Source of the DNA: a virus
IMG/VR virus record: IMGVR_UViG_3300031772_000007
Span: 1 to 64,000 of that record
DNA length: 64,000 nucleotides
Strand: one strand, 5' to 3'
Shown here: piece by piece, positions 36,095 to 45,218 of the stretch
How positions within the stretch are numbered: the stretch's first letter is position 1
How the letters are laid out: each line of letters starts with the position of its first letter
Made by a program: the position numbers and the translations under genes
The notes under the pieces: generated by a model
Told to the model about the DNA's origin: nothing
Database searches by the model: none
Seen by the model: only the letters and a program-made list of their open reading frames with translations

Positions 36095-36316
36095 CTACGC
36101 CCGGCGAGGCTTGGTGTCGAGCGCGGCTCGCGCGGCGCAGGCAGCGTCAAGGGCTGCCTCGTCCTTGACGCTGGTGTAGAAGTACCGCTGGTCGTACCGC
36201 CAGCAAGCCATCGCCGCCCGCACGATAGCCTTGTCCGCGCGCCGGACGGCGTAGGCTCGCTCGGCGTGCAGCGCACAAGGACGGTTCGGTTCGCAGCAGC
36301 ACGAGCGGGCTTTCAC
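36095..36316 (-). CDS. hypothetical protein
   Basis: 73 aa; Cys cluster; GTGA coupling. Confidence 0.45.
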   Translation of the reverse strand: MKARSCCCEPNRPCALHAERAYAVRRADKAIVRAAMACWRYDQRYFYTSVKDEAALDAACAARAALDTKPRRA

Positions 36317-36516
36317 GGCCCCTCCTTCCGAACGTACTTCGCCACGCGGTACTTCCAGATGCTCGCCGTCACGCGGCGCATCTCGTGCGCGAGGAACTGC
36401 GCCTTCGCCTTCTTCACCGACGCCTGGCGAGAGCAGGGGTTCCACTCTCGCAGCTCGGGCTCCTGCGCGCTCGGCATCTTGGCCTCGACAACGTACAGCA
36501 CCGGGTTCTTCTTCAT
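36313..36516 (-). CDS. hypothetical protein, paralog of 37075..37290
   Basis: LYVVE..P...RV.KYVR. Confidence 0.55.
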   Translation of the reverse strand: MKKNPVLYVVEAKMPSAQEPELREWNPCSRQASVKKAKAQFLAHEMRRVTASIWKYRVAKYVRKEGP

Positions 36517-36526
36517 GGCGTTCTCC

Positions 36527-37075
36527 TCAGTCCAGCGGCGTCGTCAACGGCCCGCCGTTCTCCATCTCGGCTTGGTGCATCCCCTTGCACCGCCGCACGC
36601 CTTCCTTGAAGTCCTCATTGTAGAGCGGCAGCTTGAGCAAGCACTCGCAGGTTCGGATGCACTTGGCGTAGGTCTTCCGTTGGATGGACGCCACCTCCGC
36701 CCGCGCCTCGTTGAACTGCCGCGCCAAGTCCTTCGCGCTCGCGTGCTGAAGCGCAGCGTCGGCACGAGCCTTGGCAAGCTCCCTTCCAAGCCAGCTCCAC
36801 GGCGGACAGTTGACCTCCTCGCTCCAGCCTATCGCCAGCGCCTCCTGCTCGACACAGGTGTTGACGGTGGCGTAGGACTCCTGCGCCTTGGCAAGCCGCT
36901 CCCCCAAGCTCGCGCACTTCGCACCCAGCTCGCGGTAGCCGTCGAGCCGGTTGTTGGGCTGCTGCATCAGGAGGTCGCGCTCCCGTTCCGCCTCCGCCAG
37001 CTTCTTCCGCAGCCCCTCCGTCTCAACCCCGACGGCCGAAGGCGGCGCTCGGTGAACCATGCCGGTGCCTTCCAT
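36527..37075 (-). CDS. hypothetical coiled-coil protein
   Basis: 182 aa; TGATG coupling. Confidence 0.55.
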   Translation of the reverse strand: MEGTGMVHRAPPSAVGVETEGLRKKLAEAERERDLLMQQPNNRLDGYRELGAKCASLGERLAKAQESYATVNTCVEQEALAIGWSEEVNCPPWSWLGRELAKARADAALQHASAKDLARQFNEARAEVASIQRKTYAKCIRTCECLLKLPLYNEDFKEGVRRCKGMHQAEMENGGPLTTPLD

Positions 37076-37290
37076 CACTTGCCCTCCCGAACGTAGCGAA
37101 CCACGCGAGCTTGGACGTACTGGTCCCCGTCGTCCCGGCGAAGCTGCGCCGCCCACTCCCGCGCCTCTCGCAACGAGTAGCACGCCAAGTCCGTTTCGTC
37201 GTAGTGGGTGCTCCAATGGTGATACTGCATCCCGCGCGCATCCGGCCTTCGCGTCTCGACCATGTAAAGATACTGCCGAGTCATCGCCAC
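37075..37290 (-). CDS. hypothetical protein, paralog of 36313..36516
   Basis: LYMVE..P...RV.RYVR. Confidence 0.55.
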   Translation of the reverse strand: MAMTRQYLYMVETRRPDARGMQYHHWSTHYDETDLACYSLREAREWAAQLRRDDGDQYVQARVVRYVREGK

Positions 37291-37511
37291 TCCTCCAAAA
37301 TCGACAGCGCGCCCATCAGCTCTTGCTCAGCCTCGAACTCCCACTTCGGCGGGTTCGTCCGCGCGAGGTCTTTGCCGATGAAGCTGCGCGCCTTCGCCAC
37401 GCGCTCCCGCACCGTTCGCAGCGCCTTCTCCGCCCTTCGCAGCCGCGCCTCGGTCTTCGCTTCGCGGGCGCAGATGGCCTCGATGTCTTTGTTGTGCCAG
37501 TCGCTGCTCAC
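37281..37511 (-). CDS. hypothetical protein
   Basis: 76 aa; GTGA coupling; GGAGG RBS. Confidence 0.5.
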   Translation of the reverse strand: MSSDWHNKDIEAICAREAKTEARLRRAEKALRTVRERVAKARSFIGKDLARTNPPKWEFEAEQELMGALSILEEWR

Positions 37512-37729
37512 GGCTTCCTCCTGTGCTGCTCCCGAATTGCCCGAGCCCGAAGCTGCGCCGCCTCGCGGTCCATGTGCCCATCGTCTCCGTCGGTCTGCAT
37601 CCAGTCCCCGCGCCCGTTGTAGATGTCGCAGACCCAATTCCCGTGCTTGCCGCCGTACTCCCTCTCCAAGCGGTCGGACGGGCGCACCCGGACCTCCAGC
37701 TTGATTGGCCTGCCGCGCGAGTCGTTCAT
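37508..37729 (-). CDS. hypothetical protein
   Basis: 73 aa; GGAGGAGG RBS. Confidence 0.5.
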   Translation of the reverse strand: MNDSRGRPIKLEVRVRPSDRLEREYGGKHGNWVCDIYNGRGDWMQTDGDDGHMDREAAQLRARAIREQHRRKP

Positions 37730-37731
37730 CG

Positions 37732-37983
37732 TCAGTCCTCCTCCACCTCTACCTCGGGTCCTGCCGCCTCCAGAATCAGCTCTCCCGCGGCGAACAAGTC
37801 CTTGATGGCCTCGCGGAACGCCGTCAGGTCCAAGTCCGCCTTCGCCTTCTTCACCCGCTGCCCGACCTCCGCTCCCATCACCACCGCCTCGAAGAAGTTG
37901 CGGAGCTGCGGGTCCTTCACCGTCTTGAGCTTGGCCTTGGCCCGCTCCAGCTCCTCCAGCGTCAACGGCCCTTCGTCTGCCAT
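37732..37983 (-). CDS. hypothetical protein
   Basis: 83 aa acidic; GGAGG RBS. Confidence 0.55.
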   Translation of the reverse strand: MADEGPLTLEELERAKAKLKTVKDPQLRNFFEAVVMGAEVGQRVKKAKADLDLTAFREAIKDLFAAGELILEAAGPEVEVEED

Positions 37984-38390
37984 GCCTTCCTCCACCGCCG
38001 GTACTCCGCTTCCGCCGCCCGCCTCGCTCGGGATGCGCTGCTACGGCTCCCGCGGTACTCGCCCCCCACTGCGTCGATGAGGGTCCACTCCCACTTCCGG
38101 GTGTTGATCTGCTCAACCCAGGCGTGACAGAGCCCGAGTCGAACCTCATAGCCAAAGGGCTTCCACCTTGGCGCACTCACCGCTTTTCCGCCTTCCGCTT
38201 CGACGCTTCTTGGAGAATCAAACCCTCTATCTATCCACTCTAGGGCTTGTTGCGCTCCTCCGCAGCGCAAGGCGATGGTGTAGTTCTTCCCCGCGGCAGC
38301 GTCGTCCTCCATTCGCTTCCACTCCCTGCGCGCCTTCGCTACAAGCTTGGCGCACTCGACGAAGTGCTCCTGCCGCTTGGTCCGTCTCAT
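37962..38390 (-). CDS. hypothetical protein
   Basis: 142 aa MRRTKRQEHF...; GAAGG RBS. Confidence 0.5.
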   Translation of the reverse strand: MRRTKRQEHFVECAKLVAKARREWKRMEDDAAAGKNYTIALRCGGAQQALEWIDRGFDSPRSVEAEGGKAVSAPRWKPFGYEVRLGLCHAWVEQINTRKWEWTLIDAVGGEYRGSRSSASRARRAAEAEYRRWRKAWQTKGR

Positions 38391-38392
38391 AA

Positions 38393-38692
38393 CTACCTTC
38401 CAACGTCTCCGAACCCACCAACCACTCGCGCGTGCCCCCACCCGTCCCGCTCGGTGACGGTCCGTGCTTCTACTTTGCCCGGCAGGAGAGCTTTGTCCGC
38501 TTCCGCCAGCGCCTCCTCCATCACCCGCGCCGCGCGTTGGCAGAGGATGTGCTCCTTCCGATCCTCCTCGGCGATGTGCTTCTTCAGGCGGCACCGTTCG
38601 CAGACGAGCTTCCTGGCGTGGAGAGAGATGCGCCGGAGAGCCTGCTGAGTGCGATCCAGGTGCGCGCGTAGGAGATCGGCTTCCGGGTTCAC
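38393..38692 (-). CDS. hypothetical protein
   Basis: 99 aa; CxxC; GTGA coupling. Confidence 0.5.
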   Translation of the reverse strand: MNPEADLLRAHLDRTQQALRRISLHARKLVCERCRLKKHIAEEDRKEHILCQRAARVMEEALAEADKALLPGKVEARTVTERDGWGHARVVGGFGDVGR

Positions 38693-39249
38693 GACTTCCC
38701 CACCGCCTTCAGCAACCCGTCCGTCACTTCCAACGCCTTCGTCACCGCCGCGTCGATGTCACTCGCGGACCAATCCCAGCAGCTCGGCTTGCCCAGCCTG
38801 GAGGGGTCGGCGGAGAGCCCGCACATCGCGGCGAGGAGGTGGGAGGCGATGTCGGTGCGAAGCGCCTCCTTGCGCCGCTGGACAATCTGCTCGTCCGTCG
38901 GATGGCTCCCGTCACCCGGCCACTTCGGCTTCAACGGCTGCCGGTAGGCACCTGGCGGGAGCTTCGCTGCCTCCTCCGGCGTGATGAACTCGGGTGGCTC
39001 CCCGTAGATCGCCTGATGCCGTTCCTCTACCGCCTTCTGCTCCTCGACGGTCGGCGGGAGAACCACCGGCTTCAGTTTCGCGGGTGGCGGGACCGGCCTG
39101 GCAACCCGCTCCGGTACCGGAATCATGGAAGAGGTCAGCAGCTCCTTCGCCGCTGCGAACTTCTCCTTGTGCATCTCCAGCGTGTTCGCTTCCGCCTTCT
39201 TCCGTGCCTCGTCGTCCTTCAACGCCTGCTCCAGCTCCATGTCGGTCAT
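38689..39249 (-). CDS. hypothetical protein
   Basis: 186 aa; AGGAGAGGG RBS; downstream of the conserved promoter-like motif. Confidence 0.6.
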   Translation of the reverse strand: MTDMELEQALKDDEARKKAEANTLEMHKEKFAAAKELLTSSMIPVPERVARPVPPPAKLKPVVLPPTVEEQKAVEERHQAIYGEPPEFITPEEAAKLPPGAYRQPLKPKWPGDGSHPTDEQIVQRRKEALRTDIASHLLAAMCGLSADPSRLGKPSCWDWSASDIDAAVTKALEVTDGLLKAVGKS

Positions 39250-39268
39250 GTCCCTCTCCTTGGAAAGC

Positions 39269-39299
39269 TACTTTGCCCGGGGCTTACCCGGTTGTCCCC
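39269..39299 (-). promoter_or_regulatory. conserved phage promoter-like motif, copy 1
   Basis: GGGGACAA-CCGGGTAAGCCCC-GGGCAAAGTA; 26/31 identical to the copy at 63368-63398; both intergenic and just upstream of an RBS. Confidence 0.65.
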
Positions 39300-39311
39300 T
39301 TCGGTGTCCAA

Positions 39312-39671
39312 TCAGAAGCTCCCTGTGAGCCGTCGGGCCGCTTCCCGGGCTCGCATCACCTGCTCGACGTGCGCCAGCACGTCCCGGAAGCGCTTGAAGC
39401 ACACGCCCACCCCGAGCGTGAGGGTGTTCCCCGGTGGCGAGCGGTCGTAGAAGACGTATTCCGTCCGCGTTCGGAACCGATGCCCCACCCACTCGTGCCG
39501 GGAGATGCGGTAGAAGAAGATCGCCTCCCCCGATGTCTCCCACGGGTTCTTCACCAGAAGAAAGGCGTTTCCCTTCTCGCGGGTGAGCGCCATCCCGTTC
39601 GACAGCCGGACGTGGCAGCCCACTCGGAGCTTGGAGGGAGCGCAACGAATCTCTTGGGTGAGGTTGCCCAT
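39312..39671 (-). CDS. small protein with EAxxRLTG tag
   Basis: ends REAARRLTGSF. Confidence 0.6.
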   Translation of the reverse strand: MGNLTQEIRCAPSKLRVGCHVRLSNGMALTREKGNAFLLVKNPWETSGEAIFFYRISRHEWVGHRFRTRTEYVFYDRSPPGNTLTLGVGVCFKRFRDVLAHVEQVMRAREAARRLTGSF

Positions 39672-40111
39672 CAGTAATACCCCACGGACTCAGGCTTCCC
39701 GCCCAGCCGCGTTACCGCATCCCACCGGGTGAACAGCGCGTTAGCTTGGTCCAGACACGCCTCCGTGCTCCCCCGATAGAGCACCTTCCTCACTCGGCGC
39801 TTCCGAACCCTGTACCAGTGCGACGAGAGCCACCCGTCATGCAGCTCCGCTTCGTGGTAGTGGTAGTGCCACCTCGGGCGAACCCAGAGATCAAGCCTGT
39901 ATCCCTCTGCCAAGACGACCCAAGTGTTCCTGATGTGGTTCGGCTCCACGGTGAGCCCGAGCTGCGTCCCCACAAAGCGCGTCGCCCCGCCCAACGCGCA
40001 GATTTCGAGAAAGCGCCTGCGCGCCGTGCTCGCTCCCTGCTCCTTGAGCAAGTCCTGCCGCGCCCGCTCGCGCATCACCTGCCACTTCCTGTGCCCCTGC
40101 CAGTCGCTCAC
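39671..40111 (-). CDS. small protein with DAxxRLGG tag
   Basis: GTGA coupling; WDAVTRLGG near the C-terminus. Confidence 0.6.
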   Translation of the reverse strand: MSDWQGHRKWQVMRERARQDLLKEQGASTARRRFLEICALGGATRFVGTQLGLTVEPNHIRNTWVVLAEGYRLDLWVRPRWHYHYHEAELHDGWLSSHWYRVRKRRVRKVLYRGSTEACLDQANALFTRWDAVTRLGGKPESVGYY

Positions 40112-40461
40112 ACCACGAACCTTGCCCCGAGGCGCTTCCGCTGTCCCGTCAGCCGTGCAACCGTCTCCGCAGCCTGAAGGCACTGCCTTCCCACCGCGAA
40201 CGCTTCCTTCACCGTCAGGCAGGACTGCTCCCACCTGACGTGGACGCTTGTGGCTGTCTTCTCGAACACCCGGACAAACCACAGGTGCGAAAGCAATGGC
40301 TCCAGCATCTTCTGCACAACCACGTGATGACGGTCGGTGGTGAGCCCCCGCCACCAAAGCACGTAGAACTCCTTGCAGTACGAAACCGTAACCTCCCCCC
40401 AGTAGCACTGGCGGTCGGGAATGCCCCGCCCGTGGACCGGATCCAGCGGAACTCGCTGCAT
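40108..40461 (-). CDS. small protein with ExxxRLTG tag
   Basis: TGATG coupling; AETVARLTG. Confidence 0.6.
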   Translation of the reverse strand: MQRVPLDPVHGRGIPDRQCYWGEVTVSYCKEFYVLWWRGLTTDRHHVVVQKMLEPLLSHLWFVRVFEKTATSVHVRWEQSCLTVKEAFAVGRQCLQAAETVARLTGQRKRLGARFVV

Positions 40462-40556
40462 CACGCCCCCAACCGAAGTGCCGCGTCCTCGATTGCCAGC
40501 CACACGAGCGCCACCGCCGCCCAGGCTGCCCAGAACGCTGCTTCGAGGTGGCTCAC
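40461..40556 (-). CDS. 31-aa membrane peptide with DAxxRLG tag (not in the ORF track)
   Basis: MSHLEAAFWAAWAAVALVWLAIEDAALRLGA; coupled to genes on both sides. Confidence 0.5.
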   Translation of the reverse strand: MSHLEAAFWAAWAAVALVWLAIEDAALRLGA

Positions 40557-40669
40557 GTTCCCCCCGGGGCTCCCACCTTCACGTCGTAGTCCTTCCTGTA
40601 GAAGTCAACCCACTTGACCCCGTTGGGGACGTACACTCCTCGTGCTCGCATGATGTCGTGCAGGCGCAT
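40553..40669 (-). CDS. 38-aa hypothetical peptide
   Basis: GGAGGAG RBS; MRLHDIMRARGVYVPNG... Confidence 0.45.
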   Translation of the reverse strand: MRLHDIMRARGVYVPNGVKWVDFYRKDYDVKVGAPGGT

Positions 40670-40717
40670 GTCTCTCTCCTCCCCAGAACCTTGCCCGCCG
40701 CGCCGCCGGTTGTCCCG

Positions 40718-42274
40718 CTACCGGCGCACCACGTCCAAGTGGGTCTGCACCGCCTTGAGCGCGCCGAGGCGCACGCCCTCCCGCGCGAACCAGCTCGCCA
40801 TGAGGCGGTCCCCGGTGTGCGCCCGCGGGTCATAGAACAGCATCTCGTTCACCCACTCGTAGAGCTGCGGGTGGAGGCTGCCGTCCGTGTTGGGGATGAT
40901 CCACTTCCGCCCCGCCATCTCCGCCGCGATGGACTCAATGCCGAATTCAGGGTGCGCCTTGTTCCTGCCCGTCGTGAACGCCCTGATCGGCACCGCGAAG
41001 TCCCGCCGTGCGAACTGGATGATGAAGTCCTGCGCCGCGTTGTTCTCCACGATGCAGATGGAGAAGTAGCGCCGATGGTGGTCGATGATCTTCAGGATGA
41101 TTTCCGGCCCAGCCCAACGTCCCGCCTCGACGTTCAACACCTCGCGGTCGCCGTTCGGGTGCGCCGCGATGGTGAACAGGCAGGTGAGGTCCGCGCCGTC
41201 CTTCTGTTGCACCGCCAGGTCCACCCCGGTGTACGTCTTGATGCCGTTCGGTAGCGCCTGGAGCCCGTGGCAGAGCCGCTTCCCATTCCCGCGCTCCAAG
41301 CACCAGCCCACCCACTCCTTGCGGAAGCGCGCTTCCTCATCGCTTCGGGCGACGCAGAGCATCGTGCGCGCGAACTCCAACGGCCCCCGCTCCTCCTTCA
41401 CCCGCTGGATGCGCTCCATCGGCCACCGCTCGGGCCAACGCGGCTGCCCGTCGTCCCCCAGCACCGGGTAGCGCATCGCCACCCACCCTGGGAGCTTCGC
41501 CAGCCGGTGGAGGGCGTCATCTGGGTGGAAGGCGGTCCCAATCACCAGCACCCGCGCCTTCGCCGTGAGACGGGAGAAGAGGGACGCCTGAATCCACTGG
41601 AAGCAGTCCTCCCGCATCTTGGCGGAGCGGGTGTTCTCCGTGTCGAGGAGGTCGTCCACGATGAGGATGTCGATGCGGCTTCCCAGCACGTTGCCGTGGA
41701 CGCCGAGGGTCTGCACGCTCGGGTCCTTGCTCTGGTAGGGGCGCGCAATCGTGATGGCACGGCTGGTCCACTGCTCCTTGCCAGGACGAAGCTCGGGGAA
41801 GACGGCGTGCAGCTCCGGGCTCGCCTCGATGTACCGCTTGATGGTGCGGAGGATCTTGTCCGCCTGCCCCGCAGTGTTACTGACAACGGCCACGCGGAGC
41901 GTCGGGTCCTGCCCAAGAAGCCAGAGCGTCCGGGCAATCGCCACCTGCCACGTCTTGCCCGACTCGACCGAACTCCAGATGATAAGCCGGTCGTGCAGCT
42001 CCGCCAGCTCGTGCCAGGCGACGTGGCAGGAGGCTTGGTCCAGCGGGAGCCCCGTCTTCTCGTCCCGCATGACCGCGGTGGAGAAGGCGTCGATGTCAAT
42101 GCGCGCCGCTTCGACCAGCTCCCGGTTCAGGAAGGCGTCCGCCTCGGGGTCGAACTCCAGCTCGTCGGGGATGGCGGTCACGGTCGGAGGCATTCCAGCA
42201 GGCCAGCCCTGCGCGTCAGCTCTTCCCAGCCCCCGTTTGAGGATGTTGTTCAGCCCCAGATGTTGGACCAGCAC
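40718..42274 (-). CDS. terL: terminase large subunit
   Basis: Walker A-like VESGKT, Walker B ILIVDD, VIGT coupling motif, RuvC-like TGVDLA and D.LMA; AAGGAGG before the GTG (alternative start 42193). Confidence 0.95.
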   Translation of the reverse strand: MLVQHLGLNNILKRGLGRADAQGWPAGMPPTVTAIPDELEFDPEADAFLNRELVEAARIDIDAFSTAVMRDEKTGLPLDQASCHVAWHELAELHDRLIIWSSVESGKTWQVAIARTLWLLGQDPTLRVAVVSNTAGQADKILRTIKRYIEASPELHAVFPELRPGKEQWTSRAITIARPYQSKDPSVQTLGVHGNVLGSRIDILIVDDLLDTENTRSAKMREDCFQWIQASLFSRLTAKARVLVIGTAFHPDDALHRLAKLPGWVAMRYPVLGDDGQPRWPERWPMERIQRVKEERGPLEFARTMLCVARSDEEARFRKEWVGWCLERGNGKRLCHGLQALPNGIKTYTGVDLAVQQKDGADLTCLFTIAAHPNGDREVLNVEAGRWAGPEIILKIIDHHRRYFSICIVENNAAQDFIIQFARRDFAVPIRAFTTGRNKAHPEFGIESIAAEMAGRKWIIPNTDGSLHPQLYEWVNEMLFYDPRAHTGDRLMASWFAREGVRLGALKAVQTHLDVVRR

Positions 42275-43187
42275 CCGCCCCTCCTTGCACCAGAATCAAT
42301 CCCTTGGCCTTCGCCCGCTCCAGCGCCCGCGCAACCGCTTTCAGCTTGATTTCCCGCTCCTCGATGCTGGAGTCCATGCTCTGCACCCCGATGACCTCGG
42401 TGGGCTGCCCCACCCGGAGCCGTTCCCCTTGGAGAGCCAGGATGATCGTCCGCTCCCCCATCTCCGCCAGGTGCATCATGTCCCTCGCCGTCTTGATGGC
42501 TTCCCGCGGAGACAGCTTGGACAGGTCCCCGAGCGCGGTGTGGAGCTGAGCAGCGATGGTCTGCGCGTCCTTCAGGAGCAGCGCCACGATGGCAGCGGCG
42601 GACAGCGCCGCCTTCCGCCCGAACTTCGCCGCGTTCGCCTCATCCGCCAGCGTCTCCGCGGCGTCCACCTTCGCCTTCACCAGCAGGTCCGCCAGCCGCC
42701 GCTTGGCCTCAATCTCCGCCCCCTGGAGGGTCGCCTGCGCCGCCTTCTGCGCGTCATCCACCTTGGACCGTGCCAGCTCCTCCACCTTGGCGAGCTGCGC
42801 CTGCGCGGCATCCAGGGTCGCCATCGCCTTGGCTTCCGCCACCCGGGCGTTCTCCGCCGCCTTCACCAGCATGTCGGTGGCGTCGATGGCCTCCGTTCGC
42901 GCCTGCGCCAACGAGGTGGATAGAACGGACTCCACCACTTCCTTCTGCTCCTCAGTGGTGATACCCGCTCGCGCCGCCCGGGCGAGGAGACTGTCCATCT
43001 GGAGCTGATCGCGGACGGGAAGTGCGCCTTGAACGGTCGGCCAGCCCCGCTCGTACAACCGTTTCGCCGTGAGTCGGTCCATCTTGACCCTATCGGCGAC
43101 CAGTTGGTGATGCACCCCCAGCTCGCGGTACGCTGCAAGCACCGCGTTGTAGCGTTGGATGGTCCGCGCTCGGTTGCCCCTCGCCAT
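42216..43187 (-). CDS. putative terminase small subunit (HTH plus long coiled coil)
   Basis: directly upstream of terL; N-terminal HTH-like segment; ERL..G.PTE motif. Confidence 0.6.
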   Translation of the reverse strand: MARGNRARTIQRYNAVLAAYRELGVHHQLVADRVKMDRLTAKRLYERGWPTVQGALPVRDQLQMDSLLARAARAGITTEEQKEVVESVLSTSLAQARTEAIDATDMLVKAAENARVAEAKAMATLDAAQAQLAKVEELARSKVDDAQKAAQATLQGAEIEAKRRLADLLVKAKVDAAETLADEANAAKFGRKAALSAAAIVALLLKDAQTIAAQLHTALGDLSKLSPREAIKTARDMMHLAEMGERTIILALQGERLRVGQPTEVIGVQSMDSSIEEREIKLKAVARALERAKAKGLILVQGGAGAGPTSGAEQHPQTGAGKS

Positions 43188-43310
43188 GCTCAATACCCCC
43201 TCGCAACCCCTTCCGAATAGCACGAGGAGGCTCGCGCGGTCCAGCCTCCCTCGGGCAATACCCGGCGTCCGGTGCTCCCCGTGACCTAATACCCGGTGAA
43301 CCCCCGCGGG

Positions 43311-43646
43311 TTAATCCTCCGTGTTCCCGCGAAGACGCCCCGCCGCTTCTACTGCGCGCAGGTACACTTCCACGCCTTCCGCTGCTTCTCGAAGGTTCCG
43401 GTAGGGCGGGAGGGGGGATTCACCCTGGTTGAAGACCTCCAACCCTGACTGAACGAGCCACCAGCGTCGGACCCTCCTCTCGTTCCTCCCGGGAGGGTAA
43501 TACTCCGCGTCCACCTGCGCCTTCCGGTAACGGGTGCCACTGCCCCAAGAACCCGGTTCCCCCTGGACACACACTGTAACGACCCACATGCCCCTGCCGC
43601 GCACGGTTAGGCTCAGCCCGGGGCGGATTCGTTGCCAGCACCTCAT
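43311..43646 (-). CDS. small protein with EAxxRL.G tag
   Basis: ends VEAAGRLRGNTED; paralog of 43646..43978. Confidence 0.65.
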   Translation of the reverse strand: MRCWQRIRPGLSLTVRGRGMWVVTVCVQGEPGSWGSGTRYRKAQVDAEYYPPGRNERRVRRWWLVQSGLEVFNQGESPLPPYRNLREAAEGVEVYLRAVEAAGRLRGNTED

Positions 43647-43978
43647 CAGTCTTCCGTGTCCCCCTGGAGCATCCGTGCTGCCGCTCGGGCTCTCAGGTGC
43701 TCCTCTCCCTTCGCTGCCGCTACCTCCACCGTGCTAAACACCCCGAAGGGGAGATCCTGCCGATGGGTTCCTCGAAAGGCTCCGTTCGAGACGTACTCCA
43801 TCAACCGCCACCCGTGGACCTTCTTGGTCGCCGTCACCTCGGGGACGATGTAGACCGCCTCGTGCCGAACGAAGCCTGTCTCCTCCATGCTCCCTGCGGT
43901 GCAGACCGTGAGGAACCAGAAACCGTTGGCCTGCCGGGTGAGGTTCACCCCGGGACGGATGCCCTCCCACTTACGCAT
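43646..43978 (-). CDS. small protein with tag variant
   Basis: ends RAAARMLQGDTED; N-terminus W..IRPG..LT shared with its neighbour. Confidence 0.65.
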   Translation of the reverse strand: MRKWEGIRPGVNLTRQANGFWFLTVCTAGSMEETGFVRHEAVYIVPEVTATKKVHGWRLMEYVSNGAFRGTHRQDLPFGVFSTVEVAAAKGEEHLRARAAARMLQGDTED

Positions 43979-44294
43979 CCCCGCCCCCGAGCCGCCGGAC
44001 GGCTTCCCTCACCCTCAACAGCTTCTTCGCGCCAGCCACGGCTTGCCGAAGGTAATGGTAGCGCGGTCGCGGGTCCACGAGCACCCGCAACCTCCAATCC
44101 AAGATGTCACCCCGCTCCCGTAGCTCATACACCTCGTAAACACGCCAGAACCTTAGTTCTTTGCGGAGAGTGCAGCTCAACCCGCCGCACCGGACTATCC
44201 ACTCCCGGGGCTCGTCCTCGTGCCCCGTCTTGGCCGGATGAGAAGCGACAAAGAAGCCCTCTCCTTGGTCCCTGGTGACACCGCGGGCCATCAC
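43971..44294 (-). CDS. small protein with EAxxRLGG tag
   Basis: ends REAVRRLGGGDA. Confidence 0.6.
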   Translation of the reverse strand: MMARGVTRDQGEGFFVASHPAKTGHEDEPREWIVRCGGLSCTLRKELRFWRVYEVYELRERGDILDWRLRVLVDPRPRYHYLRQAVAGAKKLLRVREAVRRLGGGDA

Positions 44295-44590
44295 CCTACC
44301 CCTTTCAGCCGGTCCACCGCATCCATCGCTCTCAGGGCAGCCTCCGCCGCCTGGAAGGCTTCCCGGACCGTGCCCGTGGCGATCCGCCGGATACCTGGCG
44401 GGAAGACGGCAATCCAGGTCCCACCCAGCGTCCGGTACACCTCGGCGTCCCGCGTGACGTAGGGCTCGAAGTCCGTATGTCTTTGTAGACCCACCCCTGT
44501 ACCCAAGGACAGCAGGTAGTCGGGTGCGCCAACCTCGCTGGAAGGCGCGTTGTCGATGACCAGCCCGGTCTTGGTGACGACGCGCCTCAT
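44291..44590 (-). CDS. small protein with DAxxRL.G tag
   Basis: ATGA coupling; ends MDAVDRLKGVG. Confidence 0.6.
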   Translation of the reverse strand: MRRVVTKTGLVIDNAPSSEVGAPDYLLSLGTGVGLQRHTDFEPYVTRDAEVYRTLGGTWIAVFPPGIRRIATGTVREAFQAAEAALRAMDAVDRLKGVG

Positions 44591-44949
44591 CGCCGCCGCT
44601 CCCCCGCCGTCAGCCGGTAGATGGCGTCCGTTCGCTCCGCCCACCGCAGCACCCCCTCCGGGTGCAAGAACTTCATGCTCCGAACCCGAAAGGCTCCCCA
44701 GCGCAGGTTCCGGCGGTCCTCGATGATGGCGATCCGCCCCATCGCCGCTATCACCACCCGGAAGACGTAGTCCGGTCGCGTTCCGACGGACTCCGGGGTG
44801 TCCCCTCCGAACCGGATACCCAACGCCTCCACCCGCCATCTCCCGCTTTGCTCTACGAGCTGGTCGAACAGGGAATGGTAGACCTCCTGCATCGCCGACA
44901 CGGGCATCACCTTCTCCCACCGAAGCCCGCGTTGCGCTTCCAGCCTCAC
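44587..44949 (-). CDS. small protein with DAxxRLT tag
   Basis: ends TDAIYRLTAGERRR. Confidence 0.55.
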   Translation of the reverse strand: MRLEAQRGLRWEKVMPVSAMQEVYHSLFDQLVEQSGRWRVEALGIRFGGDTPESVGTRPDYVFRVVIAAMGRIAIIEDRRNLRWGAFRVRSMKFLHPEGVLRWAERTDAIYRLTAGERRR

Positions 44950-45218
44950 ACTTTCCAACCCGCCTTCCTGATGTCGTCCCAACTGTAAACCGCGACCGAT
45001 TCGTGCCCGTCCGGCTCGTGTCCACCCACGCTGAGGAACCAGTTGCCGGTGAGCCGATGCACTGCGTCAACCAGCGAGGCGTACTCGGCGTCGTGATCTG
45101 CCGCCGTATGCGGGCTGTCGAACCGCCGCACCCGCCCGTGGTGTACCTGCTCGTCGAGCCATCCCCGGGGGAGCTTGTGCTTCCGCCAGAGCTGCCCGTA
45201 GGTCAGCCATTCGCCCAA
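44946..45218 (-). CDS. winged-HTH/excisionase-like small protein with internal DAxxRLTG tag
   Basis: TTG start after GGAGGG; WLTYGQLW.....RGWLD..V..G.VR; DAVHRLTG. Confidence 0.5.
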   Translation of the reverse strand: MGEWLTYGQLWRKHKLPRGWLDEQVHHGRVRRFDSPHTAADHDAEYASLVDAVHRLTGNWFLSVGGHEPDGHESVAVYSWDDIRKAGWKV

